From an uncultured virus (IMG/VR IMGVR_UViG_3300031413_000601) (taxonomy: Duplodnaviria; Heunggongvirae; Uroviricota; Caudoviricetes): 64,000 bases of DNA. The stretch lies in the IMG/VR virus record IMGVR_UViG_3300031413_000601; one strand, given 5' to 3'. Below are positions 8,615-19,103 of this stretch, piece by piece. How positions within the stretch are numbered: position 1 is the first letter of the stretch; each line of letters begins with the position of its first letter. Made by a program: the position numbers and the translations under genes. The notes beneath the pieces are model-generated. The model had not been told where the DNA came from and did not search any database. It was given only the letters and a program-made list of their open reading frames with translations.

Positions 8615-10080
8615 ACCAATACTCCTACGGTAGCGCGGCCGGTGATCCAGTTCCGCTGCATCATCACCACCACGCCAGGCGCGCCGGCGGCCAGGCCCCA
8701 GCGCTCGTCGCGCAGCACAACGGGCGCGCCCAGTTCCAGCACCATTAGTTCCGGTTCGCCGTCGAACTCATACACAGTACGCGGCACGCTACGCAGCGCC
8801 AGGCGGCGCTCGGCTTCGGCGCGCGCGTCGGCGCGCGTTTTCAGGCACGTTTCGATCTGGACCGGATCGTCAGTCTCGCGGTAACGCGCTTGAACCGCCT
8901 CGTCCACGACCGTCTCGGTCAACCACTCGGTGGCGTACAGGTCGGCGTGCGCCGGCGGGATGCTGGTGGTCAACGCTGCCTGGACGGTCCAGTTCCGGTC
9001 GAACGCGATTTTTACCGCGGCTACCACCGGCAGGCGCTCGGCTGGACGCATCGAATTCGCCAGCATCTGGTTCGCTCCGATCTTTACCGGCACGCCGGGC
9101 GCGGGCAACGCGATTTGCACAAGGCGCAGGTGCCCGGTGGCGGACATGATTGCCTGCGCGCCCACGCTGGAAGCCAATTGCTGGATTGCCACCGCCTGGT
9201 TGGTCCGGTCGGCCACGTACAGCCCTACCGGCTGCGGGTGCGCGGCGTCGAACGTGGCCAAGTTGGCGACGTCGAGGTCGGCCTCGGTAAATCGGCCGGC
9301 GGCCTTGCCGTACGCCGTGGCGATGCGCCGCACAAGCGGTGCAATGCGAGGCGCATAGCCGCCGCCGGCATCGCCCTGCACGCTGGCCGTGATCGTCGTT
9401 GAAAACGGGTTCGTGGTCAGATTGAACCGGCCGGCTTGGTTGTTCAGCGCGACCGCGATGGGCTTTCCGTTGGAGCGCACCTCGAACGAGGATTCGACCG
9501 CTCCGAGGAAACCATATTCCAGCGTTACCGGGTCCGTGAGCAACGGCGCCACGTTGTGGCACTCGCCGAACGGGACCGGCAGGACCGCGTCCTTGTTTGT
9601 CGACGTGCCGCCCAATTTGACTTCGCTGATCGGCGTGTTCAGTCGCTGCAATTTGTCGCGTAGCACCAGGTTCACTGTGTCGCGACTCGCACTGCCCATG
9701 TCATCGACGATGCCGTCGAACACCAGTCGGAAATCCGCGCGCGGCCACGACGGATCGCCGCACCAGGCGCGAATGCGGCGATTGCGCCACACGTCGCCCA
9801 GCCAGCCATCGAGCGCACCATCGCCGTTATCCAGCTCAATGTCGCCGCTGGACAGCGAGGCCTCCCCGGTCAGGCTGACCTGCTCCGTAAACGCCAGTCC
9901 ACCCTTGGCCAGCGGCAGATACACCGTGTTGGCTGGCGTGTCGGCCGGGCCGGTGACATACTCGCGCGAGGCGATATACCGCGTCACCTCGGCGCCATCC
10001 ACGTTCACTTCCGCCTCGATCAGCACCATGCGCACTGCGGCTGGGTTTTTCAGCCAGGCCATGAATTGCTCATCGGTCAT
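8611..10080 (-). CDS. Tail tip/hub protein
   Basis: 489 aa directly after tape measure; LPVPFGECHNVAP motif. Confidence 0.7.
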   Translation of the reverse strand: MTDEQFMAWLKNPAAVRMVLIEAEVNVDGAEVTRYIASREYVTGPADTPANTVYLPLAKGGLAFTEQVSLTGEASLSSGDIELDNGDGALDGWLGDVWRNRRIRAWCGDPSWPRADFRLVFDGIVDDMGSASRDTVNLVLRDKLQRLNTPISEVKLGGTSTNKDAVLPVPFGECHNVAPLLTDPVTLEYGFLGAVESSFEVRSNGKPIAVALNNQAGRFNLTTNPFSTTITASVQGDAGGGYAPRIAPLVRRIATAYGKAAGRFTEADLDVANLATFDAAHPQPVGLYVADRTNQAVAIQQLASSVGAQAIMSATGHLRLVQIALPAPGVPVKIGANQMLANSMRPAERLPVVAAVKIAFDRNWTVQAALTTSIPPAHADLYATEWLTETVVDEAVQARYRETDDPVQIETCLKTRADARAEAERRLALRSVPRTVYEFDGEPELMVLELGAPVVLRDERWGLAAGAPGVVVMMQRNWITGRATVGVLV

Positions 10081-13000
10081 GCATATTCTCCTTTCACAGT
10101 AGACGACCAGGCCGAAGCCGTGGCCGATTTTTGGACGCCATCGACTACCTTGTCGGCTGCCTTGGCGTTGGCCTGTTCATTCGACTGGATCAGCGCACCG
10201 GTCTGCTTCGCCTGATCGGCGCGCAGCCCAGCCACTTCAGCCCGCAGCGCCTTCACCTCGGCCGCCAGCGCATCCGAGCCTGCATTCGACGCGGCCGAGT
10301 ACCGGCTGTAGTCGATCGCTGGCGCCGCGCTGGCCACCATCGCCGTCGCGGCCGGCACCTCGGTGAACTTCACACCCAGCCCATCGGACACGCTCATCGC
10401 CGCTGGCAGGTTGGCAATGGCCTGCGCCACCGTCAGCAGGCTGTCGTTGATGGTGATGAGGCCCTTGACCTGCGCTTCGAGAGCGTCATAGCTGGCCTGC
10501 TGCAGGTCGACCTGCACCGTCGCCCATTTGAGCGCCTCCTCGTTTGCCGCAACCACGCGCGCGTAATCTGCGGCGTATTTGGCATCCGATGCATTGACCA
10601 CCTGGGAGGCGGTCAGGAACGCCTGCTCGGCCGCGGACAGCCCGGACTGTGCCGTCGTGTCGCCGGCGTTGGCAGCCGCCAGCGTCTTCTCGAACTGCGC
10701 CCGCGCCTCCGCGTATTTCTGCTCTGGCGTGAGGTTGGACTGGTTGCCCAGTGCGAGATTGGCATTCAGGCCATTTAGTGTGGTCACCCATGCTTTCGAT
10801 TTTTCGATAGCGGTTTTGGCTGCAGTGGCTTCCTTGTCGTACGCGGTTGCCAGCGCATCCTTGGCCGATACCACAGCCTTGGCCGCCTGCACCTGGTCGA
10901 ACAGCGCCTTATTCACGTCGGCGATGCCGGCCCGCTGGATGGCCAGCAGTTCCGCGTCGCTTTTCGTGAGTTCGTTGAGCTGCTGTTGCAGGTCGCGATG
11001 CTCACTGGCGATCTCGCTGGCAGTTTTTGCGACTGCTGCGAATTCGCCCGTGGCAGCCGCCAATTCGGCGGCGTAGTCGGCGGCCTGCTTAAATGGTTCC
11101 GCAATGGCAATCAGCTGGCCGTACAGCGCCTGGCCGGCCGCCGTGTTCAGGTCCTGCGCCAGCACCAGCGCCTTGAACTGCTCGCTGGTGGTGACGTTCG
11201 AATACCCGAGCGCGGTCATTGCAGAGCTGACCGATTTAGTGATCGGCGCCATGCGCTCGGCTTCGCTGAGATAGTTCTCGGCAAAGTAGGCCGTCCCCGA
11301 CGTCAGTTTTTCCAGCCCACCGGCTGCCGCAATCAGATCCTGGCTGAGTTTGACCGCACCGAGGCCGGTCGAATTGAACGATTTACCAAGCACCGCCAGC
11401 ACGTCATTGACTTGCATCTGTTCATTGGCAACCCGCACCAGCGTTTCCAGATACCCCTCACCCACCTGCTGGAACTGCGCGATGCCTGCTACACTCCAGC
11501 GGGCCATATCGTCGCCCAGTTTTGAGAACGCTGTCTCAAGAGCCTTCTGCTGCTCCTCTCCCGTCAGGTCTTTCAGGCTGATCTTTCCGAGATCGACAAC
11601 GAAAGAATTGAGCTGTTCGTTAAATGCCGCGCCGTCCAGGCCCAGCACGCCGGCTGCGCCACGAATGGTGTCACCCATACCGGTGATAATCATCGTGAAC
11701 TGGTCATTCATCTCATCGGACAAGTTCGCGTAATTGGTGTCGCTCTTGTTGCTGTACGTGACGCCGAACGCCTTTTTCTTTTTCTGCACATCCGCGTAGG
11801 CTTGCGCAGTGAAACCGAGATCATCGATCTGGCCCAGCGACATTGCTTTACCGGTAATGCCCTGATCGGTGATCGACGTGGTGGAACCAAACAATTTGCC
11901 CAACTGTTTGCCCAGCACCGTGCCCAAGACAGCCCCGATGGCAATCCCCAAGGGACCGCCCACAGCCAGCAGCGAGGTGCTCATGAAACTGCCCATGCCT
12001 ACGTAGGCGCCCAGTGCAGCACCGCCCAGGCCACCGGCAGCCATGCCTGCGGCGGTGCCAAGGGAGCCGCCGGGGATGGTCGTTCCGGTTTGGACCCCGG
12101 CAGCTGCGCCACCGCCAGCGGCGACAACGCCGCTGCGCGCCAGCAGACCTGCCAGATTGCCAATCCCCGCCACCATCTGTTTCAGCGACAGGTCCATCGA
12201 GATGGTGTGCGCCAGGCCCAGCCCGGAATTTTTCTCCATGATGGCCAGGCTGTGTGCGATCGATTCGGATTTAGCATTGCTGTCGCCCAGCACCGTGCCG
12301 GTACCATTGGCGGCCTGTCGCTGCTGGGATACACTCGCGCCACCACCGACGCCCCCAAACATCTTGGCGCCAACAGCTACAACGGCCGCGAGAGTTGCTG
12401 CGCCGGCCGCCAAGTTCAGCGGGAACGGTAGCGACGCCATCGCTTTCACCACGGCCGTGATACCCCAGGCACTGGCCTCGGTCGCTGCCAGGCCGGTAGA
12501 CGCTGCCGTGGTCGCGGCCTCGCCGGTAAGCTTGGTCGCGTTCAGGGCAACGTTTGCAGCCACCTCCCCTTCCTTGAAGAAGACTTTCTTGACCATCGAC
12601 TCCAAAGCCATGGCCATCTCGTATGCACGGAATGCGCGCTCCGTGGTCTCCATCACCTTGTAACCCTTCGAGTTCTCTTTGAAGAAGCCCTTCGACGCGG
12701 CCGCCATGTCGCCGTAGGATTTGATTTGCGCCTGGGCCGAGGCCTTCGAAGCAGCGATCTCAGCCTTGGCGATCTTGTCAGCGCTGCTCTTTGGATCCGC
12801 CTTCACGGCCGCCAACTGCGCGGCCACGGCCTGCTGCTGCACGGCGTAGTCGGTCAGCGCCGTGGTCAGGCCCCCGATAGCGGTGCCCACGGTACCGAAC
12901 GATGCGGCCATGCCTTGAGCAGCCGACTTCGCTGCGTTGTCCACGGCAACCAGGATGTCTAGCAGTTCCTTGGCTTTCGCCACGCTGGTGCTCGTGTCCA

Positions 13001-15671
13001 GCGCCTCGCCGACCTTCTGCACGCCGGCCAGACGCGTGTACGCTGCGATCTTGGCGTCGATTGCGGCCACAGCCTTATCGCTCCCCTCGAATAGAGAAAC
13101 AGTTGCCCTCTCGGCTTCCAGTTGCGCAATGGTCGCTGCGGTGACCGCCGACGGCAGTTTGTTGAATGCGGCGATCTGCATCTCGGTCGCGGCGATCTGG
13201 TCATTGATAGCGACCAGCTCCTTGGCGTTCGCCGCTTCAGCATCGCGAGCCGGCTTGTCGCGGTCGTACTCGTACGCGATGCGCAGTTGCTCTGCGGTGG
13301 CCAGCGATGAGCGAAGTGCCTCGTTGCGCTGGGTGCCAAGTTGCTTGATTTTGGCGCCGTTGGCAACACGCTCGGCCACGTCCTTGCCGTTGTAGGCGGA
13401 CAGCGCGGTGATCTCGGCGTCAAATACCTTCACCGAATCCTCGCCGGCTTTGATCGCGGCGTCGCGCCGGGCAGTGTACACCTGATAGTCGGAGGCAAGC
13501 CCTTGCCGCTGCAGTTCAGTAACCGAAGTCACGCCTTCCGCTCGCATGTTCTTCTCGCGCTCGATGCCCGACTTAATGGCTTCGAGGCGTGCATCTATCT
13601 GCGCCTTGCTATTGGCCGCCAGATCTTTACCCGCGTCCGATGCCTTCCAAGTTTCGGTAGCAAGCTTTGAAACCAGTTCGATGTATTCTTTTTCCGGGAT
13701 TGCGTTGGCCTCCCGGGCGGCCTGCAGTGCCTTGAGATCGGTAAGGTACTGTTTATTCACGCCGGTCAAACGCTCGCGCACAGCTTCCAGCGCCTGGGCC
13801 GCCGGGCCAAAAGCAGCCGCCTGATCATCTGTCGCGTTGCGCTTTTGGAGCTTCTCTGTTTCCTCACCGATTTTTTTGATAACGTTCAGACGATCGATCA
13901 GTACGTCGGTTTCGCTCTTTCCTTTACCTGGCGCATAATCGCCGGTGCGATTATTGATATCATTCAACAGGGCAGACGCCGCTTTCAGTTGATCGAGAAC
14001 AGGCAGATCTTTTTCCGCCTTGTCTTTCGGGGTGCCAAGCTTCTGCAACTGGATAAGCTTTTCGTTTCTGTCGATCTGTTGGTCCAGCCCCTTTATAATG
14101 CGGTCGTGCGCTTCGTCGAACGACTCGCCCGCCTTCTCTGCTGATTCCTTGGCCTTGTTCCCCCAAAGCACCCACGCAGTTACACCAAGTCCGAGCAACG
14201 CTGTAACAATCCCAATGGGACCGCCAAGGAAGCGAAGCGCCGTCGTCAACACACCGACCGATACGGCCGTACGCCCAGTAGCGCCGGCCAGACCAGCCTG
14301 CGCAGCAGCTTGAGCGGTAGTCGCGGCCGTATTAGCTGCGCTTGCAGCCGTTTGCGCAGCAGTTGCAGCGGTGATTTGGGCGGACACACGAGCTTGCGCC
14401 ACACCGAGGGCGGCAAGTTCGGCCATCGCCGCGGCACGGGCGGCCTCCGCAACAACCAATTCAGCGGTCGACAAACTCAAGATGCGCAGCGCGTAGCTTT
14501 GGGCGCCGGCAGCCGATGCAGCCGCGATGGCGGCCTCAGCGGACGCAATCGCGGAGCGAGCTTGCGTCAGGTGCGCGACTGCGCTCTCGCGAATAGCGAT
14601 GATCTCCGCACGCTGGGCTACCAGCCCCGCCAACACGGCTTCAGTTTCCACGAGCTTCGCCGCAGTGGACGCAGCGGTCGCAGCGGTGCTGGCGACCATG
14701 GCTTCGGCGCGCGCCACCAGCGCAGCCTTTTCGGCTACGACTAAAGCGGCCAGTTCGGCATTCGCGGCAAGGTAGGCGTTCACGGCAGCCGCGCCGGCGA
14801 TGAAGTAGCCGGCGATTTTTACCGCAAACAAGCCGCTCATTGCGGCCATCACCACGTCCAGATTCTCAGCCAGAAGCGACAGGCTGCTGGTGAGTAGACG
14901 AACCATGCCGTTGGCCTCAGCTTTTACTGCGGTGAGTTCCATAACCTTGTTTTTCAGCACGGTGAACGAGCCGGAAATGGTCTGAACCTGCTTCGCCTCT
15001 TCCTTCAAGTCTTGGAGGGCTTGTGGGAGTACGGTCGCCATGATCTTCGACGTGATAGCGCCCTCTTCCGCCATCTTTTTGAGGGCGCCCACCGGCAACC
15101 CCATGCCGTCGGCAAGCGCTTTCATCAGGCGGGGCGCTGCCTCATTCACTGCGTTGAATTCCTCACCGCGCAGCGTGCCAGAGGCGAAGGCCTGCGACAA
15201 TTGCAGCATGGCCGATGCCGACTCGGACGCGGTGGCGCCGGACACCTTCAAGGCCAGATTGACCACTTCAGTGATCGATGCGACCTGCTTTTGCCCCACG
15301 CCCAGCTCGCGCGTGCCGTTCGCGATTCGTGCGTATAGCACCCCCGTCGAGGCGAGATCCTGCTGGGAGGTGTTGGCAATGCGGCGTACGTCATCCAACG
15401 CGGCCGCATACTCGCGCGTGGACGTGGTGGCCAGGCGCAATTGCGCCGTGAATTTGGTGTACTCGTCGGCCATGCGGATGATCGCGCCGATGCCGGCGCC
15501 AATACCGATTAGCGCCAACGTTTCGGTGAGCTTACGGGTAGCCGTTTCCAGGCTACTGACTTGGCGCTCGGCTCGGCCGCCGGAATCCCGCATGCGGTCC
15601 ATATCCCGAGCGGCGTTGCGCGCCTCCAGCGAATTGATGCGAATTGCGAGGGTAGCGACGTCAACGGTCAT
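10077..15671 (-). CDS. Tape measure protein
   Basis: 1864 aa, Ala-rich; N-terminal tape measure domain QLSQAFASGTLRGEEFNAVNE; TM-like segments. Confidence 0.95.
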   Translation of the reverse strand: MTVDVATLAIRINSLEARNAARDMDRMRDSGGRAERQVSSLETATRKLTETLALIGIGAGIGAIIRMADEYTKFTAQLRLATTSTREYAAALDDVRRIANTSQQDLASTGVLYARIANGTRELGVGQKQVASITEVVNLALKVSGATASESASAMLQLSQAFASGTLRGEEFNAVNEAAPRLMKALADGMGLPVGALKKMAEEGAITSKIMATVLPQALQDLKEEAKQVQTISGSFTVLKNKVMELTAVKAEANGMVRLLTSSLSLLAENLDVVMAAMSGLFAVKIAGYFIAGAAAVNAYLAANAELAALVVAEKAALVARAEAMVASTAATAASTAAKLVETEAVLAGLVAQRAEIIAIRESAVAHLTQARSAIASAEAAIAAASAAGAQSYALRILSLSTAELVVAEAARAAAMAELAALGVAQARVSAQITAATAAQTAASAANTAATTAQAAAQAGLAGATGRTAVSVGVLTTALRFLGGPIGIVTALLGLGVTAWVLWGNKAKESAEKAGESFDEAHDRIIKGLDQQIDRNEKLIQLQKLGTPKDKAEKDLPVLDQLKAASALLNDINNRTGDYAPGKGKSETDVLIDRLNVIKKIGEETEKLQKRNATDDQAAAFGPAAQALEAVRERLTGVNKQYLTDLKALQAAREANAIPEKEYIELVSKLATETWKASDAGKDLAANSKAQIDARLEAIKSGIEREKNMRAEGVTSVTELQRQGLASDYQVYTARRDAAIKAGEDSVKVFDAEITALSAYNGKDVAERVANGAKIKQLGTQRNEALRSSLATAEQLRIAYEYDRDKPARDAEAANAKELVAINDQIAATEMQIAAFNKLPSAVTAATIAQLEAERATVSLFEGSDKAVAAIDAKIAAYTRLAGVQKVGEALDTSTSVAKAKELLDILVAVDNAAKSAAQGMAASFGTVGTAIGGLTTALTDYAVQQQAVAAQLAAVKADPKSSADKIAKAEIAASKASAQAQIKSYGDMAAASKGFFKENSKGYKVMETTERAFRAYEMAMALESMVKKVFFKEGEVAANVALNATKLTGEAATTAASTGLAATEASAWGITAVVKAMASLPFPLNLAAGAATLAAVVAVGAKMFGGVGGGASVSQQRQAANGTGTVLGDSNAKSESIAHSLAIMEKNSGLGLAHTISMDLSLKQMVAGIGNLAGLLARSGVVAAGGGAAAGVQTGTTIPGGSLGTAAGMAAGGLGGAALGAYVGMGSFMSTSLLAVGGPLGIAIGAVLGTVLGKQLGKLFGSTTSITDQGITGKAMSLGQIDDLGFTAQAYADVQKKKKAFGVTYSNKSDTNYANLSDEMNDQFTMIITGMGDTIRGAAGVLGLDGAAFNEQLNSFVVDLGKISLKDLTGEEQQKALETAFSKLGDDMARWSVAGIAQFQQVGEGYLETLVRVANEQMQVNDVLAVLGKSFNSTGLGAVKLSQDLIAAAGGLEKLTSGTAYFAENYLSEAERMAPITKSVSSAMTALGYSNVTTSEQFKALVLAQDLNTAAGQALYGQLIAIAEPFKQAADYAAELAAATGEFAAVAKTASEIASEHRDLQQQLNELTKSDAELLAIQRAGIADVNKALFDQVQAAKAVVSAKDALATAYDKEATAAKTAIEKSKAWVTTLNGLNANLALGNQSNLTPEQKYAEARAQFEKTLAAANAGDTTAQSGLSAAEQAFLTASQVVNASDAKYAADYARVVAANEEALKWATVQVDLQQASYDALEAQVKGLITINDSLLTVAQAIANLPAAMSVSDGLGVKFTEVPAATAMVASAAPAIDYSRYSAASNAGSDALAAEVKALRAEVAGLRADQAKQTGALIQSNEQANAKAADKVVDGVQKSATASAWSSTVKGEYA

Positions 15672-15738
15672 GGAAGGCCCAATAGAAATGCCACCTTGCG
15701 GGCGGCTGGTGATTCGGTGTGGGCGGCACGCGGCCGCC

Positions 15739-16086
15739 CTACTCGCTGGTCAGGAACACCTGGTCCAGCGCGTCGATGCACTCGCCCTCGAACGGCGAGA
15801 GGCGAATGCCGTGGCGCCGCTCCCAGGCCATTATTTGCTCGTCGGAGACGGGATTGGCCGCCATGGCGCCGCACGTTCGCTTGGCGCTGAGTTGGCAGAA
15901 GTACTCCCACACGTGCGTGAGCTCGTGCGGGATCGGCGGGGTGTCGAGCTGAGGCGGCGGGATGCCGGTTTGCTCCAGCACCTTCTCCAGGTGCCAGCGC
16001 AAGGTTTTGCCGTCTTTCTGCTTGGCGGCCAGCTTGAGCGACGCCTTGGCGTGCTCAAGCAGTTGCCGCTTTAGATCGCCAAAAAA
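15739..16086 (-). CDS. Tail assembly chaperone GT extension reached by -1 frameshift
   Basis: The -1 frame from TTTTTTG is open and continues FGDLKRQLLEHAK...LRWHLEKV...HVWEYFCQLS...IDALD. Confidence 0.85.
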   Translation of the reverse strand, partial: FFGDLKRQLLEHAKASLKLAAKQKDGKTLRWHLEKVLEQTGIPPPQLDTPPIPHELTHVWEYFCQLSAKRTCGAMAANPVSDEQIMAWERRHGIRLSPFEGECIDALDQVFLTSE

Positions 16087-16532
16087 TTGGCATCAGCTTC
16101 CAGCGCGGCAAGGATCTTTTCCTGCCAGGTGGGTTGCGCGTCGAAGCACAGGTTCAGGAAGCCTTCGGTCAGCTCGACCGGTTGGCCGTTGGACACGAAG
16201 CCCGGCGCGCCAACGACCACGGCGATGGCGATCTTGCGATTGCGCCCTTCGCCCAGGTCGTACAGCGTGCCGGCGCCTTTTTCGGTCTTCGCGTCGATCT
16301 GCTCTTTCTTGGTCTGGCTGCGCTTGATGGCGGTAACCGACGTGGCGCGGATCACGTCGCGATACTGGGTCGAGTTCTTGCCGACGATATCGAAGCCGGC
16401 CAGCATGTTGCCGTCGTCGTCGTGGGCGACTTCCACGGTATGAACCTTGGCGATCTTCTCTGGGCTGGCCAGCAGCGCGATGTCGAAGCCGGCGGATGCG
16501 ATTTTTACTGCGTTGTTGGTGATGGCGTTCAT
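16071..16532 (-). CDS. Tail assembly chaperone G
   Basis: 153 aa between tube and tape measure, ends ANFLAI over a slippery site. Confidence 0.88.
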   Translation of the reverse strand: MNAITNNAVKIASAGFDIALLASPEKIAKVHTVEVAHDDDGNMLAGFDIVGKNSTQYRDVIRATSVTAIKRSQTKKEQIDAKTEKGAGTLYDLGEGRNRKIAIAVVVGAPGFVSNGQPVELTEGFLNLCFDAQPTWQEKILAALEADANFLAI

Positions 16533-16633
16533 GGGTAGTACCTTTCGTCGGATGAATAGGTGCCGGTGCCGGCCGCTGCGCCGACGAAGGCGACAGCGTC
16601 CGGTCCGTGCTGGGGTGGCTTGCGCCGAAACAG

Positions 16634-16656
16634 AAAGCCCGGCACATGGCCGGGTT
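16634..16656 (-). terminator. Intrinsic terminator after tail tube gene
   Basis: AACCCGGC-CATGT-GCCGGGCTTT followed by T-rich tract. Confidence 0.6.
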
Positions 16657-16663
16657 GTATGGG

Positions 16664-17842
16664 TTACACCAGGGTGGTGTCTTGCAACAGAATCGTGGAC
16701 TTACCGGCGCCGGTGCCAGCGGCATTCGGGCCGGCCGTGTAGTCGTATTGACGGATGATTTCCTTGTCGCCCGATTCGCCGCCGCCGAACACCTTCACGT
16801 ACGGCATGGCGATGACGAAGGCGCCGCCGATGCCGTCATCGAGGCGGTTGATCAGCGAAATGGACTGCTCCTGGTCGAAATAGTCGTCCATTTCGCCGTT
16901 CTCGTAGTACACACTGATCTGGCCGCTGACGTCGATCATGTCCATGAAGACGTCCGGGGTCACGTTGGCGCCGACCACCTTGCCCACCGACGCATTTCCG
17001 TTGATGTCGAGGCTGAAGTTGGTGCAGACCTTGGTGGCCTTGCCGTTGATAATGGCCAAACCGGATGGCGTGACCAGCATGTCGCCACCGCCGGGCGCAG
17101 CAGGATTGGTGAAGTAAGCAGTGCCGGCCTTCTGGCGGTCCTGGCCCATGTAGGCGATTTCGGCAGAGACCTTGTCGTCGGCTGCCAGGCCAATGTTCAC
17201 GGAGGCCACGCGCTGCCCGGTGAAGCGGTACGACTCGCCCACGGCGCTGTACCACTTCTCGATGGTGTAGCTGTCGTTGGTGTGGCCCGTTTCGGGGATG
17301 TAGGTGATCTTGCCCGGCACGGTCAGGCCGATGGCGGCGGCGTTGGCGGCGGCCACGACCGACTCGGCCACGGTGATCTCGGTGGCGGTCAGCGCGATGA
17401 TGGTGTACAGCTTGCCGTTGTTCACCGCGGCGCCGGCGGTGAAGCCCGAGAACTTCACCAGCATACCCAGCGCCAGGCCGTCGGTGATCCACGAACCGGC
17501 GGAGCGCACGAAGTGCGGCGCGGCGGCGGCGGCCGTGACGGTCAGGCCGGCCAATGGCGCCACGGCCGTCCAGTCACGACGGATCACCGAGGCCAGTTCG
17601 GAATCGATCAGTCCCAGCGCCAGCTCTACGCCGATGTTGCCGTCGACGGTACGGCCGCCGTGCCGCGCCATCGGGCGCTGCGCGTTGGTCTGAATCGCGG
17701 CCGATTGGATTTTGTTCTTTTTCAGCGCAATGCTGTCGCTGACCTTGCGGAACTCGCGCGCGCCGGAGGCGCCCGGCAGCGCGCCGAACACAGCCTCTTT
17801 CTTGCGGATGACCTTGGTCAGTACTTGAGTTTGAATTGCCAT
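16664..17842 (-). CDS. Major tail tube protein
   Basis: 392 aa; SYTIEKWY, YRFTGQRVAS, DVSGQISVYYEN; position upstream of chaperones. Confidence 0.88.
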   Translation of the reverse strand: MAIQTQVLTKVIRKKEAVFGALPGASGAREFRKVSDSIALKKNKIQSAAIQTNAQRPMARHGGRTVDGNIGVELALGLIDSELASVIRRDWTAVAPLAGLTVTAAAAAPHFVRSAGSWITDGLALGMLVKFSGFTAGAAVNNGKLYTIIALTATEITVAESVVAAANAAAIGLTVPGKITYIPETGHTNDSYTIEKWYSAVGESYRFTGQRVASVNIGLAADDKVSAEIAYMGQDRQKAGTAYFTNPAAPGGGDMLVTPSGLAIINGKATKVCTNFSLDINGNASVGKVVGANVTPDVFMDMIDVSGQISVYYENGEMDDYFDQEQSISLINRLDDGIGGAFVIAMPYVKVFGGGESGDKEIIRQYDYTAGPNAAGTGAGKSTILLQDTTLV

Positions 17843-17863
17843 GGGGTTGCCTTTCTTCGGACG

Positions 17864-17886
17864 AAAAAAAAGCGCCCGAAGGCGCT
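17864..17886 (-). terminator. Intrinsic terminator
   Basis: AGCGCC-TTCG-GGCGCT then T8 on minus strand. Confidence 0.75.
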
Positions 17887-17911
17887 GGTGGATGGTGTTG
17901 AGTGCGGTTGT

Positions 17912-18334
17912 TTAGCTGAAGTCGTCAGCCGAGTACTTGATGGTGATGGGCGTCATCCAGAATCCGTTGCCGTCGGACCGCGAGGCGGCAATCGATGGCG
18001 TTTGCATTATCCGGACATTAAGCCCCAGCCTGGTAATGACCGTCGGGCACTTGAACAGCACCTCGATGGCCTTGGCCAGGTCGTCGGCGTCGCCGGTGCC
18101 TTCGTTTTCGGGCAGGAACACGCCCACCTGGTACATGCCGTGGTAGCGCCGGTGCTGCGCGCCCTGGCTGGGGTCGAGTGTAACGGCAGGCATCAGGTCG
18201 GCGCGCAGGTGGCGCTCACCGGTCGCGGGCACCTTGCTGCGGTTCTCAAGGAAGACCGGAAGCGGCGGCACTTGTGCGCTGGCCCAGGCCTTGAGGTGGC
18301 CTTCGAGCGCCGACCGGATAATCTTGTTGCTCAT
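17912..18334 (-). CDS. Tail terminator-like protein (DUF4128-like)
   Basis: IRSALEGHL...ENR...YHGMYQVGVFLP.NEG; position before tube gene. Confidence 0.75.
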   Translation of the reverse strand: MSNKIIRSALEGHLKAWASAQVPPLPVFLENRSKVPATGERHLRADLMPAVTLDPSQGAQHRRYHGMYQVGVFLPENEGTGDADDLAKAIEVLFKCPTVITRLGLNVRIMQTPSIAASRSDGNGFWMTPITIKYSADDFS

Positions 18335-18729
18335 TGCAGCCCTCGCACGTAGTTTTCCAGCGCCGCCGGCAGGTTGGCCAGAGTGACGCGCACCATGCCG
18401 CTGGGCGCCTGCTGGCTGTAGCCGTATTCGAGCTTGCCCGCGTACGGCAGATTGTTCACCACCCACACCTCGCCGCCGGCCTTCACGCCGACGGTCTGTC
18501 CTGCGATGCGAGCGATTGCCGCTGCGCGGGACGTATCGAGCGTGGGCAGCACGCCCTGCGGCAGTACCTTGCCAAACTGCCAGTTCCCACGGAACCGGCC
18601 GGTGTCCACCGGGCTGCCCATCACCACTCCCTGCGCCACCAGCACGATGGCCATGCGGTGGGCTTTGTCGATGTTTCCGCCGGTGTGGCGGATGAAGTTG
18701 GTCAGGTCAGCGCTGAACGATCCGGCCAT
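18331..18729 (-). CDS. HK97 gp10-like tail completion protein
   Basis: SPVDTGRFRGNW, NNLPYAGKLEYGYSQQAPSGMVR. Confidence 0.88.
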   Translation of the reverse strand: MAGSFSADLTNFIRHTGGNIDKAHRMAIVLVAQGVVMGSPVDTGRFRGNWQFGKVLPQGVLPTLDTSRAAAIARIAGQTVGVKAGGEVWVVNNLPYAGKLEYGYSQQAPSGMVRVTLANLPAALENYVRGLQ

Positions 18730-19103
18730 CAGTTGCCTCGCAGTTGCAGGGTGTAGAGAATCACGACGTCGGTCGGCTCGAGCTTGGCGACGTTGTGAAT
18801 CGCGAACTTGGCGCCGTTGATCAGCACCAGGTCGCCGGCGGTCGGTTCCGGGAGCGGCTGGCCGTTCAGCTGCAGCGGCGAAAGCAGCATCTCCTGGTCA
18901 CCGGACTGGATCAGCTTGCCGTCGATGCGCTCGGCCACGTAGCCAAACTTGACGCCAACGGCCGTGTAGTCGTTGACCACCTGCTCGGGTTTGCCCTTGT
19001 CCGGATCATCGTCGCCGAGCACGATGCGGCGCAGCGTGACCGTGGCGCCCTTTTTGCGCAGCTTGACGTCGGTCTCGCGGGCTTTCTTGGCGTAGTCAGT
19101 CAT
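18729..19103 (-). CDS. Head closure/stopper-like neck protein
   Basis: 124 aa, IDGKLIQSGD...LYTLQLR; neck position. Confidence 0.7.
   Translation of the reverse strand: MTDYAKKARETDVKLRKKGATVTLRRIVLGDDDPDKGKPEQVVNDYTAVGVKFGYVAERIDGKLIQSGDQEMLLSPLQLNGQPLPEPTAGDLVLINGAKFAIHNVAKLEPTDVVILYTLQLRGN

Noticed and set aside
16607..18352. 581 aa plus-strand ORF (also 22246-24207, 37571-39502, 58976-60469 and similar)
   Set aside because: Antisense shadows of real GC-rich genes with no motifs
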